Positions 24,606 to 37,895 of a stretch of DNA of 64,000 nucleotides are shown piece by piece. Position 1 is the first letter of the stretch, and each line of letters starts with the position of its first letter. The notes beneath the pieces are model-generated. The model was not told the origin of the DNA. It did not search any database and was given only the letters and a program-made list of their open reading frames with translations. The DNA comes from Saccostrea cucullata. Taxonomy: Eukaryota. Position numbers and translations under genes: made by a program. Location of the stretch: contig NW_026939608.1 of NCBI RefSeq assembly GCF_032062105.1, forward strand, positions 1 through 64,000, read 5' to 3'.

Positions 24606-26378
24606 ATGCGGTAAATTTATTAATTCTTTTCTCTGTTGTTTCTATATATTCTGCATTGTAGGACCCTCCAGATTCTAGCCGTTTTTCTAATATTAATGTC
24701 AGTTGCTGGTAAGTATATTTTTTTCGGGGAGGGGTGGGGTATAAAATAATTTAAGAAAATTATATATTTATATACTAGTATTAAAATATTAAGTAGTTGC
24801 ATGTATTTGGAGGTAAAATATTGATATTCGTAACAAAATCATTGATATATGTAGTTGATTCGAACTGTTTTTTTTTTTTTGTTTGTTTGTTTTTTTAATG
24901 AAAAACATTTATATTTAAAGGCCGTGTCATTTCCCAAACTCTACAGGCTACGGGCTCAGCTCAGTACTATTCCTCTCCGGGATACCCCATAGCATATCCA
25001 AGGCAAGCATGTACACATTGTAAATGAAGGTTTAAAAAATATATTTAAAACGTTTTCAAAGCTTTTCAAAAATTCTTTTTTATCAAAGTATACTATTGTA
25101 ACTTGCTACGATATTAATTTTTTTTTTTTGAAAATCGCCTTTTAATTTCAAGACTATTCGTACTATTTGAAAATTAATTTGGATTTTAGTGACATTTTCA
25201 AACTCGTTGGAATTTTAGTATTATTTTAAAAATCACACTTATTTTAGCAATTTAACACTGAAGACAACCATTATGACAACCGCACAGACAGAAATTCTTT
25301 ACATCAATTTCTTGGACTGCAATATTGAGTATGCATCGGCAAAAGTACCATATTGTCAGCTTGACCAAATAACGGTTTATGATGGTAGGTTTTGGAAAAT
25401 TGTTTAACTACCTACATGTAGTTAATATTCGAAGTGAGTCTCTTTCATTGCATATCTTTCGCGTGGAGTCTAACGATTTAATAATATATTTCTATTTTTC
25501 TTAAAACAGGTCCTTTTATGAACGATTCCGTTCTGTACCAGGGTTGTTGCTTAAATGACGTCACACAATTACGTAGTTCTGGGACTTCCATTTTGCTACA
25601 ATTTGTGTCCGATACCACGGTAACGGGGAGAGGGTTTTATATTCAGTACTACACAAACGGCACAGCTACGAGTGAGTCTGACTGTTCAGCTTAATATAGT
25701 TACATGTTGTATAATTTTATGCTAAAAAGTAAAAAAAAAAAACGATATCGTTTTCCCCCCGTAATCGATAATTTGAGGGTATATATAGTTTTTGCCCTGT
25801 TTGTCCGTCTGTGTGTCGGCAAAACACTTTAACCTTACCCATAGTTTTTGAGTGAGTGGAGCTAGGGCTTTCACCTTTCAGAGGAGTAATTCCTTGTGAC
25901 AAGACCTTTCTTTCGGTACCACCAAATTTGACCTTTTGACCTTGGAGTTTGACTTTCATTTGCGAAACTTCAACCTTCACCTTTATTTCATCTCAACTTA
26001 CATTTTACACCCTATTGCAAATCTTTATTTACAAAAATATATATATTATCTATTTATCTACATGCAGATGACGGCAGTGAGTTGTCGACAGGAGGTACCA
26101 TCGTTCTTATCGTTGTCTTGGTCATCGTTTTTCTTACAAGCGTTGGGGTTGCCTTTCCTCTCCTGTACTACAAATTCAAAGCTCGAGATAAATTCTGTGG
26201 CAAAATTCTTCCGACAGAAAGTTTGATTAAAGCGAAAACAGAGGTAGACTTGCAAGATGCTCAGGTTACAGCAACATCCCGAGATAGAGGTCCTGATCTT
26301 TTAAAATCTTGTAGTCAAGGAACTCAAGACACAAATTCCAGCAACAATGGAAGGACGCCGAAAGTAAATTCTAAATAG
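24606..26378 (+). CDS. Single-CUB-domain type I membrane protein (~247 aa)
   Basis: Exons 24606-24610, 24662-24708, 24921-25002, 25248-25384, 25510-25671, 26068-26378 are all phase-compatible. Signal peptide MRTLQILAVFLILMSVAGRVIS, CUB motifs SSPGYPIAYPSN, INFLDCNIE, CQLDQITVYDG, LQFVSDTTVTGRGF, then a TM helix IVLIVVLVIVFLTSVGVAFPLLYY. The intron 3 donor is GC. The first exon is less certain (51 nt intron; an in-frame ATG also at 24579). Confidence 0.82.
25745..25985 (+). mobile_element. Truncated HINE-like fragment in CUB-gene intron 5
   Basis: Terminal hairpin remnant, TGTCCGTCTGT microsatellite and a TGACCTT-rich monomer piece. Confidence 0.55.
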
Positions 26379-27276
26379 TAAAGACTAACATAAGTTGAGA
26401 AAAAAAATTATTAATGAATTTTGAACAGTGTTGAAGTACATGTATTGGGTTTTTGCACATAATTATATTAGTCTAGTGATGTATAAAGAATGTGATTATC
26501 AGTGATTATTTTTTGCAAAGCATACAAAAAAGAAAGACAAACCATTGTACATTAACTCAAAATATAATTGTTCATCCTAATATACCATTTTAAATCAAGT
26601 CTAAAATTTGTATTTCAATTAGTTGCATATATATTTAAATTTCACGTTTTTTTTTTTTTAATGAAAATTCATTCTTCCTTTGGACGATTTTCAAAGTAAT
26701 AATATAACTCCAAAGGTTTAATTTTTTTTTCAATTTAAACTTGTATTGTTATGCATAGGTAAATTTAAAATTGATAAATTTTACAGATTAAATTTAAAAA
26801 AAATCAATACCAGAAAGAATATAAATTGAGAAGGCATAATGAAATTCCCTTAATTTGATGCAGACTTGAAGGAGTAAAAAACTGATCCCTACTAAAAAAG
26901 ATCAAAGTTCCTATAAAATGTTGTAAGAAATTAAATGTCATCTCCCCCAACCCGAATTAATTTTGTGCATTTTTAATTTAAATACACGAACGCGGATAAG
27001 TCTTTAATTATATGATCATGGTCCCGGCGTGAAAGAAGTTTGTAAAAACCATTTGAGATATTTGATAATTCAAGTTTAATTTCCTGGGGGTGCATCTCGG
27101 GTACCCTATTTAGGAACATTCCTTACCGTTAATATTAAGTTGTTTGGGACTGAACAAACCAGCAAATACTCTCTTTAAAATTAAACGTAATAAATTGAAG
27201 TGATATACTTTTAAAACATTTTAAAAATATTTTATTTGCCATGTTAAACACAGTAAAATGTTGAAGAAAATATCTG

Positions 27277-28513
27277 TTAAGCTGCCTTTGAAGTTCGATG
27301 AGATTCTCCTCCCAGAGTCATGACTTGGTCGTGAAAGTCTAACTTGGCAGTGTAATGAAAAGCAATGTTTGAAAATACCACCAAATATTCACAGGCAGCG
27401 AATCCAGTGTATACTAAAAGACAAAAGAAATTAAATCGTATCAGACAACAAGGAATGATGAAATCGAGATTATTAAAAAAAAATTTAGCTAGGTTTTAAA
27501 TGTATTTTTAATAAATAACCAACCTCCACTCTCGCAATACCAGTTATGCCTGAAGTACATGTATACTGCCATCAGGAAAATGGAGAGATTGAAGATAAAT
27601 AAGACAATTTTATAATGGTATGATTTAGTTTCCTGTAAAAGAAAAAAATGGTTTATATTATGGATAATTTCTACGATGTAACACCCCCCCCCACACACTC
27701 ACAGTATCATACCACATGAAATTAATATAAGCTGGGACTGTGTAAAAAGTTGCCTGAGAATAATGGATTGTTGAAGACAGTATTCAAACAGTAGACATCT
27801 CATCAAGCCCACACCCTTATTTGGGTCTTTTTTGCAATTAATTTCTGTTCGTTTAAGAAGGCTTGACATTTCCCCCTCCCACTTCAATGGGGAGAGAAGA
27901 ATTATTTATTTATAGATCTAGAGCTTATATTCACATGCAAGTGGGGCGGGGGGGGGGGTGCGGACTTTTGAATTCTTTAAGGAAATATATATGTTCAAGT
28001 GTATTATCAGGGACACCAAAAAAGCTTATTATAATAAAAGAGAGAATATTAGAACAAAAGGCTGAAAAAAAAAATTAATTACTAATTACGGTTAATACAT
28101 ATTGTTCCTGCATGGTAAAAGTTTATCTTACCCTGACCTATCTTTTCCTCAACTTTGTTTTGTTGTCATTTATTGGCTGCATTTCATTTCCGGAATATTT
28201 GGTAATTAGCAACTTTTCATTTCCGACATTTTTTTAGTTTTCATTTCCGACATTTTTTTTGTTTTCATTTCCGACATTTTTCAAATACATATATAGTACC
28301 TATAGTAACAGATATGATAACTTAACTTATGAAAAATTTTAAGGAATAAATCAGTGAAATCCAGTTTTGTAAATCTATCAAAGACTTGGACATAAGTATG
28401 CTGCTGTCACTGACATTTCATTTGGTGCACATTATATGTGTTGAAAAAGTTTTAAGCACATTGAACTTCTTTACCTAGACTTAGTTCTACATATATGCAT
28501 AAATGTAAAGCTG

Positions 28514-28552
<39 letters not shown>

Positions 28553-31500
28553 TTGTATCAATATTTTGGTATAAATACTTTAAGAAAACATTGAATTGCC
28601 GCACAGGTAAATTCCGGAAATGAAAGAAATATTATGTCGGAAATGAAAACAAAAAATGTCGGAAATGAAATAAAAAATTGTCGGAAATGCTATGCATATT
28701 TCCGGAAATGAAATGCAGCGCATATATTGTTCAATGTTTTGCTTGACCCACGTGGGTGTATTATGCAATAAAGAAAATTAAATTGTAATTTTTAAAAGAT
28801 AACTCTATATGAGAAAAAATGCGCGTGACGTTACGCACGGTATTGGTGACGCTTTCTATTGATTTTCCTTCTATAGAGAATATTGACATGCATTACTCTA
28901 TAATAGTGTAAATAAATAGTATCTATTGGGTATTCTGCTTTAAGATAAATTAGAAAATCTTTAAAACTCGGAAATATGTCATTATTTTTTATTTTATATA
29001 CATTAAGTTACCAAAACCTTTGACATTTATACATAAATACCCATGTAGACTGGTAACATTTGAGGCATACCCCCAAAATCTATATACATATATGAGCGAT
29101 TTATAAAATTGTAATATTGATAGTTTTTACATCAGTCGGCGGGAAAAAGAATCGTCTTTATGACATCATAGGTAATTTGACGTAAAATTCGTTAGATTTG
29201 AGATAATTTGCCCGTAAACGCAAGAAGATACATGGTAGACTGCGGAAAAAAACAGGGGATAAATTCAAAGTCGATTCAGGTAAGGGTGTTTAAGGAGATG
29301 TGTTATATATTTTTAAAATATTGGAAATTTGATTTACACAAATATATATCCAAAAAGAATGCTTACAAGAGTTCATGGAATTTTTTTTTTTGTTGATTTT
29401 TAAATTCTGTATAAACATTTTAGCATTTATTTGAAAATCATACCATATAAAGCCCTTATGTCACGCCATGTTTTTTTTTTTACATTTTGATTACATATTA
29501 CCCATATTGTTTGATTTTTTTTAGTCCGTCGTTAACTTTTATTTTAAAATATACAATTTAATTCTGAAAGTATCAAGTATCTGCTAACACATTATTTTAC
29601 GAATTTCAATGCATAAAAATAGTTAATGAGGATTTCTGCATGTTTTTACTTGTCAGTCACAGGAAATATTTGACGGCATCATGGCGTCTGATAATATGAA
29701 CAAGCCCTATTTAGTCCAAGTATACAAGACTTATTTATATTTGGATTCTTATTGTTGTACTTATGGTCTATAATATCCTGCTTTGCATTTTGTTTATTGG
29801 TTCAAAAACGTGTTTTGCCTCAAAATATGATACGAAACTCTAACTGAAACTCTGTCTACTCAAATGTCCTCGACAGTGTTTCTAACGTTTTCTCTAAAAT
29901 TTAAAATGATATATAGTATTGAACGCCTACTCTTTGAGAGCAATTATCTCAAACACTTGAGAAGTTTTCAAAAAAATCTTTTTTGTCTGAGAAAATATAA
30001 CTGTATTAGACTTTCCTGTTTCTTTGCTTTGCGATTACATTGATATTCAATGAATTAATGAAGAATTTTAATTGGTCTACTAATTTGTCTCATCTACGGG
30101 ATTTTGACGTGATCTGCACTTATGACGTCTCGCTACGAAAAAATGCAGATGTTAACGGTTTGGATTCATCTTAATTAAGACACGTCAACATATTAATTGT
30201 TAAACCCAGAAATTTGTATTTAAAAAATGGGGGGGGTGCACGAAATAAAAGGAAGTAGAGGGAATTAATTCACATTCCGACTGCGTAGACAGTTTTTACA
30301 GTCCCCATCCCATTTACATTCCCTTTTCCTTTTTTTCTTTTTTGAGTTTTTAGACTTACTATTTTATCAGCGCATACTCATTTTTATGAAAGTATATTTC
30401 TTCCTTTCTCAAGTGTAGGTTCTTTTTTTGGTTAAATATTGGTGGTGGTTTTTTCCAAGGGGGGGGGGGGGTCCAGAGCACTTCCTCTGGATTCGTCCTT
30501 AGAATGACGCAAACGTTATAGCATGATGATAAACAGATAACGATATGGAACAAACCTTTAAAATTTTAAAACTGAGAAAAATACATGGTTTGCATAATTT
30601 TTAGATTGCCAATTGCCGTCATATCGAATTCAACTACCGAAAACTAAATTTTTGCTATCTAAATAAAATACGATTTTGTACATATTAGATCAAAAGTGTA
30701 TGTTTCTGCTGAATAGTAGCAAATGAAAAGGGTCATTGTATACAGTTGTCATAGACAATGTGAAGGGAGCGAATCAAAAATTTTCATGTATTGCATTCAA
30801 AAGAGGTAATCAATTCAAAAATTCAATATAGAACGCAGCCCAATTTTTCCTGTCGACAAAACTAAGGCCTATACTAATTCATCTCCTGTGTTTTAAGACA
30901 AAGAGGAAAGGATCCTATCAATGTTGAATTGCTAGCCGCAACGCTTCCGTCCTTTTTGATTCACTACCATATATACAGAGATACACAATTGGTTTTTAAA
31001 AGTTTAGGGAGGGGGATAAAAAAGGTGACAAATCAAACAATATTAGGATAGAATAATTCGGCGAGAACAAAACATCTTGTGGAAATAAAGTACATTATTA
31101 TCACTCAAAAACACTAGTATAGGGAGGATAATCTCTCTTTCTCTCTCTCTCGTATTGTCTTTTGCTTTAAAATATTTCGAAGTGAATTCTACTTAGACCC
31201 TCTTACAATCCACACCAGATGTGCCTACGACTGTCTGGATTCGATAGGACGGATTATTATACATGTACATTGAAATTAAAAATGACACGCTTTCTTGATT
31301 TTTAAAGAATAAATAAATAGTAAAAATAACCTTTCTTTCTAAATTTGTAAATTGCATATTCCTGAACTGAAAGAGAAACCCTAGACAAAATTGATCGAAA
31401 AGTACCCCCCTTCCCCCCTTTCAGGAGATAATCTTAAATGATTTTGTTTTACATGTACCTAGAAAGAGGACACCCCCACCCCATCCCGGGCATTATATTG

Positions 31501-34500
31501 TCTATGAAACATTCATTAATAAATTCAAACTTCATTCCTTATTAGATGGCATTTGTATAAATATATTGTTTGATATCTATTTTTATCGTTCCTTATAATT
31601 TTTTTTTACCTATAAATGTAAAATTTCTATCAGGTAATTTTTACAGGTATGTCACATTTAACGATCAAAGAAAAGAGAGAAGAAATACGCAGAGAACAAA
31701 AGAGAAAATGGAAACAAAAACAAAAATTATTGAGACCAGCAAAAGAGTTGTCTCAATCTACAGCGGCTGTAAAGAAGAGGCAGCAACGAGAGAGGCTTGC
31801 TCGGAAAAAAGAGGAAGAAAGTGAAAAAAAAAAAACAACAAGCTGCAGAAAGAAAGCGGAAAAGTAGGACAGCCCTTAAGAGTAAACAGATTCAAGAAAA
31901 ATCAAAGAAGGAAGAAAGACGCAAGAAAAACACAAAGAAACAAAGACGATGGTGAGAAAAGAAAAAAATACTCACACAACACAATCTCCCGCTCACACAA
32001 GAGGAACAACAAATATTTCAAAATAAAATGAGTAAATCCCGAGCAATAAGAAGGTTAAAGGAAGCACTTCCCAGGACACCTGTAAAACGAATTGCAACAG
32101 TAAAGGCGTACTTGTCCTCAAAGAAATCACCCACGGTCAAGGAACTACAGCGTAGAAAGGTTGTACCATCACCGGAAGAACGCAGAGAATTGGAAATGAA
32201 TGAATCTGTTATACAGGATGTGAAATCGTTCTTGAATTCGGTAAAATTTAAGCGAAGCGATAAGTCGCGGGAAGCCGTGGACATTTTAGCTGCATCTGTA
32301 TCAGGACCATTAGTTCAAAAATCAAGGGCCAAAGTTGACCTTGCGAGAAAACTCGGAATGCCTGTTAGAAGGATCTCAAAGGGTGTTCGAATCCGACAAC
32401 GAATTCTGCATTCAGAAGAATCATCCTTTGAGTTTACAAAAAGGAAAACAAGGTCAGATAAACTAACTGAAGAAGTACAAAAAAACAGTGTATGATTTTT
32501 GGTGTCTACCCGAAAATTCGCGACACACTGGAAAAAAAAACTGATGTCAAGCGTGTCCGAATAGCTCCAAAAACTTACTGTAGCCATGCTATTCAAATTC
32601 TAGGAAATGCAAGGAAAAAGGATAGAACAACATGCTGCTGCAGGTATCATCTAGAGAGCAAGTTTTTGTTCAATGCTTTCAAAGCACGTAGAAATCAATT
32701 GGCAAACGATGGGTTGCTGGACGAAAACACATGTAAGGTTTACAGAACAATTTCAGAATTATGTGAAGACACGATGTGTCATACGGAGGGTGAAGATTTA
32801 CATTTGAAGGACTGTTTAGAAAGAAGCTGTGAAAAATGCGGTGTTCATTTGCTGAAATTTTGTGACGCTGAATTAGATATGTCTGACGACTCGCCAGATG
32901 TTAATTGGAAAAAAATTAGGTATATTGACATTAAAACAAAAAATGGTACCAAGAAGAAATTGACATTGGTGGACAAAGTTACAAAGTCCGGTGAGATGAT
33001 CAAGTATTTTAAGAAGGTTTTGGATTTTTGTCCAGGTCATCATGTCAGGGCCAAATGGCAAACTGATCAACTGAAAAATCTTGCCGAAAACTTGCCGGAA
33101 AACGAATGTTTAACTGTTCATGATTTTTCGGAAAATTACAGATGTACTGAGAGGGTTGAAATACAGTCAAACTATTTTCAACGAACTGAGGTTTCCATTC
33201 ACATTTCCCTGATTTATAGACATGCTATTTTAGAAGTTGACGGTGTATCAAGCACCCCCGATGACCCGTGCATTATTTGTGAACATTTTTTTCTTATTTC
33301 TCCTGACGAAAAGCACGACCATCATTTTGTAAAGTGTGTTCAGAGGTTCATATCTGAATATTTGCAGTCCATCAACTACCCTCGGTCTACAATGCACGAG
33401 TTCTGCGACGGGTGTCAAAGCCAATATAAAAGCAGGAACTGTTTGGGAAATCTAGTTCATTCCGTTGACGAGCTTGGATACCAGAAAATAATACGAAATT
33501 ATTTTGAAAAAATAAAATGGATTTTTACTGTTTGATTTTATATATAGACATGTTGATACTTCTTTTCCAACAAGAATTCATCGAGAAAGAAATAGTATAG
33601 AAACAGTAATCACTGATCTTTACTTACATACAAATAATGTAATTAGTTTTTTTTTTCAATAATGCTTTCATTTTTTTTTCAAATTGTGTCATTTACTGAA
33701 GATTTCCATTTACTCCAACATGCAGAAAAGGTGTGGGTACTTTAACTATATAAACCCATGGAGGTAAAACTATTTAGTATGCATTTATACCTTCATGCTT
33801 ATTTTTACAAAGTCGCTCACTGATATGAGTAATTTTACGTTCCGTTTACGTGACGTTAAAATGACGTTACCAAATGTGACACCAACACCGTGCGTATCGT
33901 CGCGTGTTATTTTTATTACACGTATTTTCTTCGGGTTTTTGGAAGGGGGTAGATAGGGGTGGGTGGGTGGGTTGTCCAGAACAATTTCACAATCTATTTT
34001 TAAAATGAAATTAATTAGTTTCTGACCTTTTAAGAAAAGTATATAGATTTTTTCTCCATCAGTCCTGTTGTTTGCTTGATTATGAAAGTACATCATTACA
34101 TTAAGGACTTCAATTTATAATATCACAGTTTTTAAGTTTTGTCACATTTTATAATATGACCCCTATTTAATATGCTGTAAATCACTTTTTATTCGCAAGA
34201 ACTTTATTTTCGTGTAATTACTAAGACAATGAGCCCGCCGAAATTTCATATCCTTACGTATAAAAGTATTCCTTACGGTTATATAGAGGAATACATGTAA
34301 CAACAATTCGTGAAAATTATGTCTCCCCAATAAAGAGTCAATGACTATCTCGCGAAAGTAAGGTGTCGCGAAAATTTAGTCATCTATAGTATATGAATGC
34401 AGTATTATGAAACCGTGGGTATATACATGTAAGTAATCTATTCCTGTGTGTTAGGGCCTTATTTAGAATTATTTTGCGGACCTGGATTAAGATACATGTG

Positions 34501-35216
34501 TCACACACGTGGTATTGTTTGTATTGTAGATTACAATATTTACTCACTTTAGGAGTCATATCCCGTCCTTTGCCTGAATGGCCCCATCGGTACAGAAAAC
34601 ATGTCAACAACATGTAGATCTCAGATGTTACCATGAATAATACAAACATGTTTTCATGAATCTCTGAAATGTAAAGTTATGTAAAAAAATTTATATTATT
34701 ATTTTATTAATCTTGTAATTGGTAAATAAAAACAGACGTATATACAGTGCAGGGAAATAATTTTGTTACAGCATCAATGCTGATTTTTGTGCTTCCTATG
34801 CTTGCTGATTTTGATGTTTCCTTTGCTTGCTGATTTTGATGTTAGTTATCCTTATCCTGATCCTGGTTTGATCCTTATCCTGATGCTGGTTTGAAACTAG
34901 GTTACTGCTAGTAATGTTACCGGAAGTAGGATTATCCTGCCGGAAGTTGATAATTCAAAAACAGCATCGCCATTAAAATTAATTTTTGGGGTAATTTTTA
35001 TTTGTAATTTGTATTAAATTACTTTCCTTTATCTGTTTTCACTTTGGTCAATGCTAGTTCTATCCTTTGCTTGCTGATGCTGATCCAAGTAATGCTGTTT
35101 TTTTAAATGCTGATGCTGATGCTAGTTCTATCCTGATCCTACTTATGCTGATCCTGATGCTGGTTTATGTAACAAAATCAGTTCCCTGCACTGTACATGT
35201 AAATAGCACACGATTT

Positions 35217-35253
<37 letters not shown>

Positions 35254-36930
35254 AAGACCTAGCCTCTATTTATGAACATCAATAAACCATGTTTTTTTTT
35301 TATAATACGAAATTAAGCAATAAATTATTTATTTTTTTCTATAATAATTATATTCAGACAGACATAAAATAAACATAAAACGCAAAATAAACCGAAATGT
35401 AATATATTGACACATATTTAATGTCAAACACCCTTAAATAGTCAATTATTTAAATTCAATTGGGTCTCACAAAACCAGGACGTATATTGAGACAGATAGA
35501 AACACAAAATAATTTAAATCCCAAGTCGATTATGAGAATCATTAAATTACCATTACACTAGGCAGAGATGATTCAGTTGTAGAATTTGATAGTTCCATTT
35601 ACTCTTTAAAAGCTGGCAACGATGAACACTTTTTTTTCCAATTATCATTACGGTCTTATTACACTTCTCCATTAGAAGAATACAGTTTCAGTTAATAATA
35701 AATAAAGATTTGGGAAAAAATTATCGCATACTGCATCTGATCTTCAAAAATTTGAAGACTGAATAACTACACAATTAAAACAACGAAGAATTTTTGTCGA
35801 CAAAAGCTCGATCGAGGTATTAAACCCTTCATCTAGAAGCAATTTATAGAATAAAACAAACCTTTATCGTCGAGGGAGGATATATACGTTAGAATGACAA
35901 GAGCAAAATTCTCCACAGTATGTAATAAAGTACATAGTCCAGCTAAAATGGTATAAATATTGCTCCAGGATTCTACTACAAATCGCATATGGTAGCGGTA
36001 ATATGCACAAGCAATGAGGAATCGTGGAAAAGCGTGAAGGGCAATACAGATTCTCCATACATTTCTCTGAGGAATGTATCCACCAATGGCTGCACTTATG
36101 GACGGTAGGTAGTTGGCTACCTGAAAATAAATTAATGCAAATAAAGAGCAGATAGTTCACTTACTTGGTTATATTTTCGACTTATACTGTTTGGACTTTA
36201 AAAAGAAATTTAAACATCAAATCAGGCATTTGAAACAGAAATGAGACAGAATTGTTCTTTTTCTTAATATTTTGAACAAATCAAATTGGTTTATGTTCTT
36301 GAACCAAGCCTTCATCGTGGAAAGAAAAGCTTAACAATTCTTCCATCAAATGAACTGTACATGTGTACATTTATTTAAACGGCAATAAGTGTTCAGTCTC
36401 TTCTGTGAACTTGGATCTGTTCAAATGACATAATCATCTCTTATCCTTAATTGACTCTACAGTATGTGACACAAGGTTAAGTCTAAGAGACACCTTCTGG
36501 TTATATGTACGTTACATTTTTCGTCTGATTATGACAAGGAGCACATAATGGGTTTGACTGGACGGGAGAGGATGCTAACTCCTCCATGGCACCTAATCCC
36601 ACCCGTGTTTTTAGAGATCCATGTTTGCTCTGCTCCCTTTGTATTGTTTTATTGAGCTTTTTGGATTTGATCACTCCTCGTTATATATCTCTCTATATTA
36701 TATATTTTACTACCTGCATACTTATGAGTGGGTTTACAGTTCAGACAGACCAAAAATTAAGCTCCAAACCATGTAAATTAACTTACCCGGCAATGTGTTG
36801 CGGTAGATTCCTTGAAATTGAATAACACCGACCAGATAACACAAAATAAGGTTGCGAAAAATGGAAGTCCGGCAACAATGTTGCTCAAAGTTGAAAAGTG
36901 CAACCGAAAGAGTATACTTTGATAAGCCAT
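27277..36930 (-). CDS. PGAP2: PGAP2/FRAG1-family protein, paralogue C (254 aa)
   Basis: Exons 36930-36787, 36120-35862, 34663-34548, 27632-27524, 27413-27277; all GT-AG and in phase, no stops. Motifs ESTATHCRVANYLPSISAAIG, WRICIALHAFPR, IHENMF, YFRHNWYCESG, CEYLVVFSNIAFH. Confidence 0.9.
28171..28724. mobile_element. MITE with TIRs built from TTTCATTTCCG(A/G) subrepeats; contains an (ATT)n microsatellite
   Basis: GCTGCATTTCATTTCCGGAA at left is inverted to TTCCGGAAATGAAATGCAGC at right; (ATT)n at ~28516-28552. Confidence 0.7.
28805..33925 (+). mobile_element. Decayed Sola2-like DNA transposon in intron 3 of PGAP2 paralogue C (boundaries approximate)
   Basis: Inverted repeats GCGCGTGACGTTACGCACGGTATTGGTGAC (28821-28850) and GACACCAACACCGTGCGTATCGTCGCGTG (~33878-33907) enclose the transposase pseudogene. 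Confidence 0.6.
31649..33535 (+). pseudogene. Sola2-like transposase, frameshifted and C-terminally truncated
   Basis: Three ORF pieces (31649-31867, 32028-32495, 32492-33535): basic N-terminus, TCCCRYH and C..C..CG cysteine cluster, DFSENY..EIQSNYF..EVSIH, ISPDEKHD, FCDGCQSQYKS. Similarity stops at RNYFE, before the expected H.KG..D block. Confidence 0.8.
34173..34391. mobile_element. Degenerate TA-type MITE
   Basis: CTGTAAATCACTTTTATTCGC at left is imperfectly inverted to GCGAAAATTTAGTCATCTATAG at right. Confidence 0.45.
34745..35193. mobile_element. Tc1/mariner-type MITE with internal hexamer repeats
   Basis: TA flanks; TIR CAGTGCAGGGAA..TTTTGTTACA / TGTAACAAAA..TTCCCTGCACTG; internal TGCTGA/TCCTGA/TCCTTA repeats. 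Confidence 0.85.
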
Positions 36931-37759
36931 AATGCAAAGCGGTCTACTCAAATGTTCTGCATGCTGAATGTTTCACATTTAAATTTAAAGATACGTTCTA
37001 AGTATAAACCAAAACACAAATTAAGTCCAAATGTAAATTAAAGTACTGCTGAAATCCTCACATTTAAAAATCCTTTATCTTTAGCCACGTGAGTTGGACA
37101 ACAGACCGGATATATCACTATAGATTGATATAGTTATATAACAGGAATATACATGTAAATAAAAATTGGTGGTTAAATCACATTTTAGATATATACATAT
37201 ATGCGGGTGATCAATTTTCACAGCCTCGTAAACTGGAATACAGTAAAGGGAAAAATATGTGTATATTTCTTTATGCGAGGGACCTTGCCTATCTTCCTTA
37301 TACATATGTAATATTGCCAAGATATTTAAAATGAGCGAATTATCATAAATGAATACATTATGATGTATTTTGTTGTTTTGTTTGAAGTTTCATTTTATGA
37401 GATTTAAAATAAAAACCATGATACTGTATATGCACTTTTTTGTTTTTAATGACCACGGAACGCCTTTAATTCAAAAACATAACTTCAATAGTTTCTGAAA
37501 ATCAATACCCTCCCTATGTATATTTCTCAGTCTTGCCGAAACCCACAGATTAAAAACGTTTCTATATAACTCGAAAGAAGATGGGGGGGGGGGGGGAACA
37601 AGGCGGGCAGAATGCCTATAGCGTCAGATATTAAGAAATGTTAATCAATATGTCAATTCAGTATCAAATTAACAAGTCATTATTGAAATTTATGAAATCA
37701 TGAGGAAAAAACCTGAGAGAAAAAAATGTCGTATTTTTTCCTTTATAAAAATATTAGAC

Positions 37760-37826
37760 GGTATTCGTGGGATTCGAACCCTAGCAATAAAAAATAAGAC
37801 AAACGCGCTAACCACGATGCTACTTT
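37760..37826 (-). other. tRNA-derived (SINE-head-like) remnant with Pol III A and B boxes
   Basis: Minus strand TAGCATCGTGGTTAGCGCG (A box/D arm) and GGGTTCGAATCCC (B box/T arm); the anticodon arm is degenerate. Confidence 0.5.
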
Positions 37827-37895
37827 GCTCATGATGAATTTGGACATTTAAATCATGTTTGTAATATGACCTTTGGCTTAATGGACGAAGTATTT

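Noticed and set aside
35067-35285. ORF with hydrophobic stretch and poly-Lys
   Set aside because: Made of MITE hexamer repeats plus a genomic poly-A run.
35864-36160. Cys/His-rich 98 aa ORF
   Set aside because: It is the wrong reading frame of PGAP2-C exon 2.
36530-36680. Segment resembling a common bivalve retroelement 3' tail (GGATGCT.ACCTCCTCC..GGCACCT.ATCCCACC)
   Set aside because: Recognised only from memory; short and degenerate, so the family cannot be assigned without a search.
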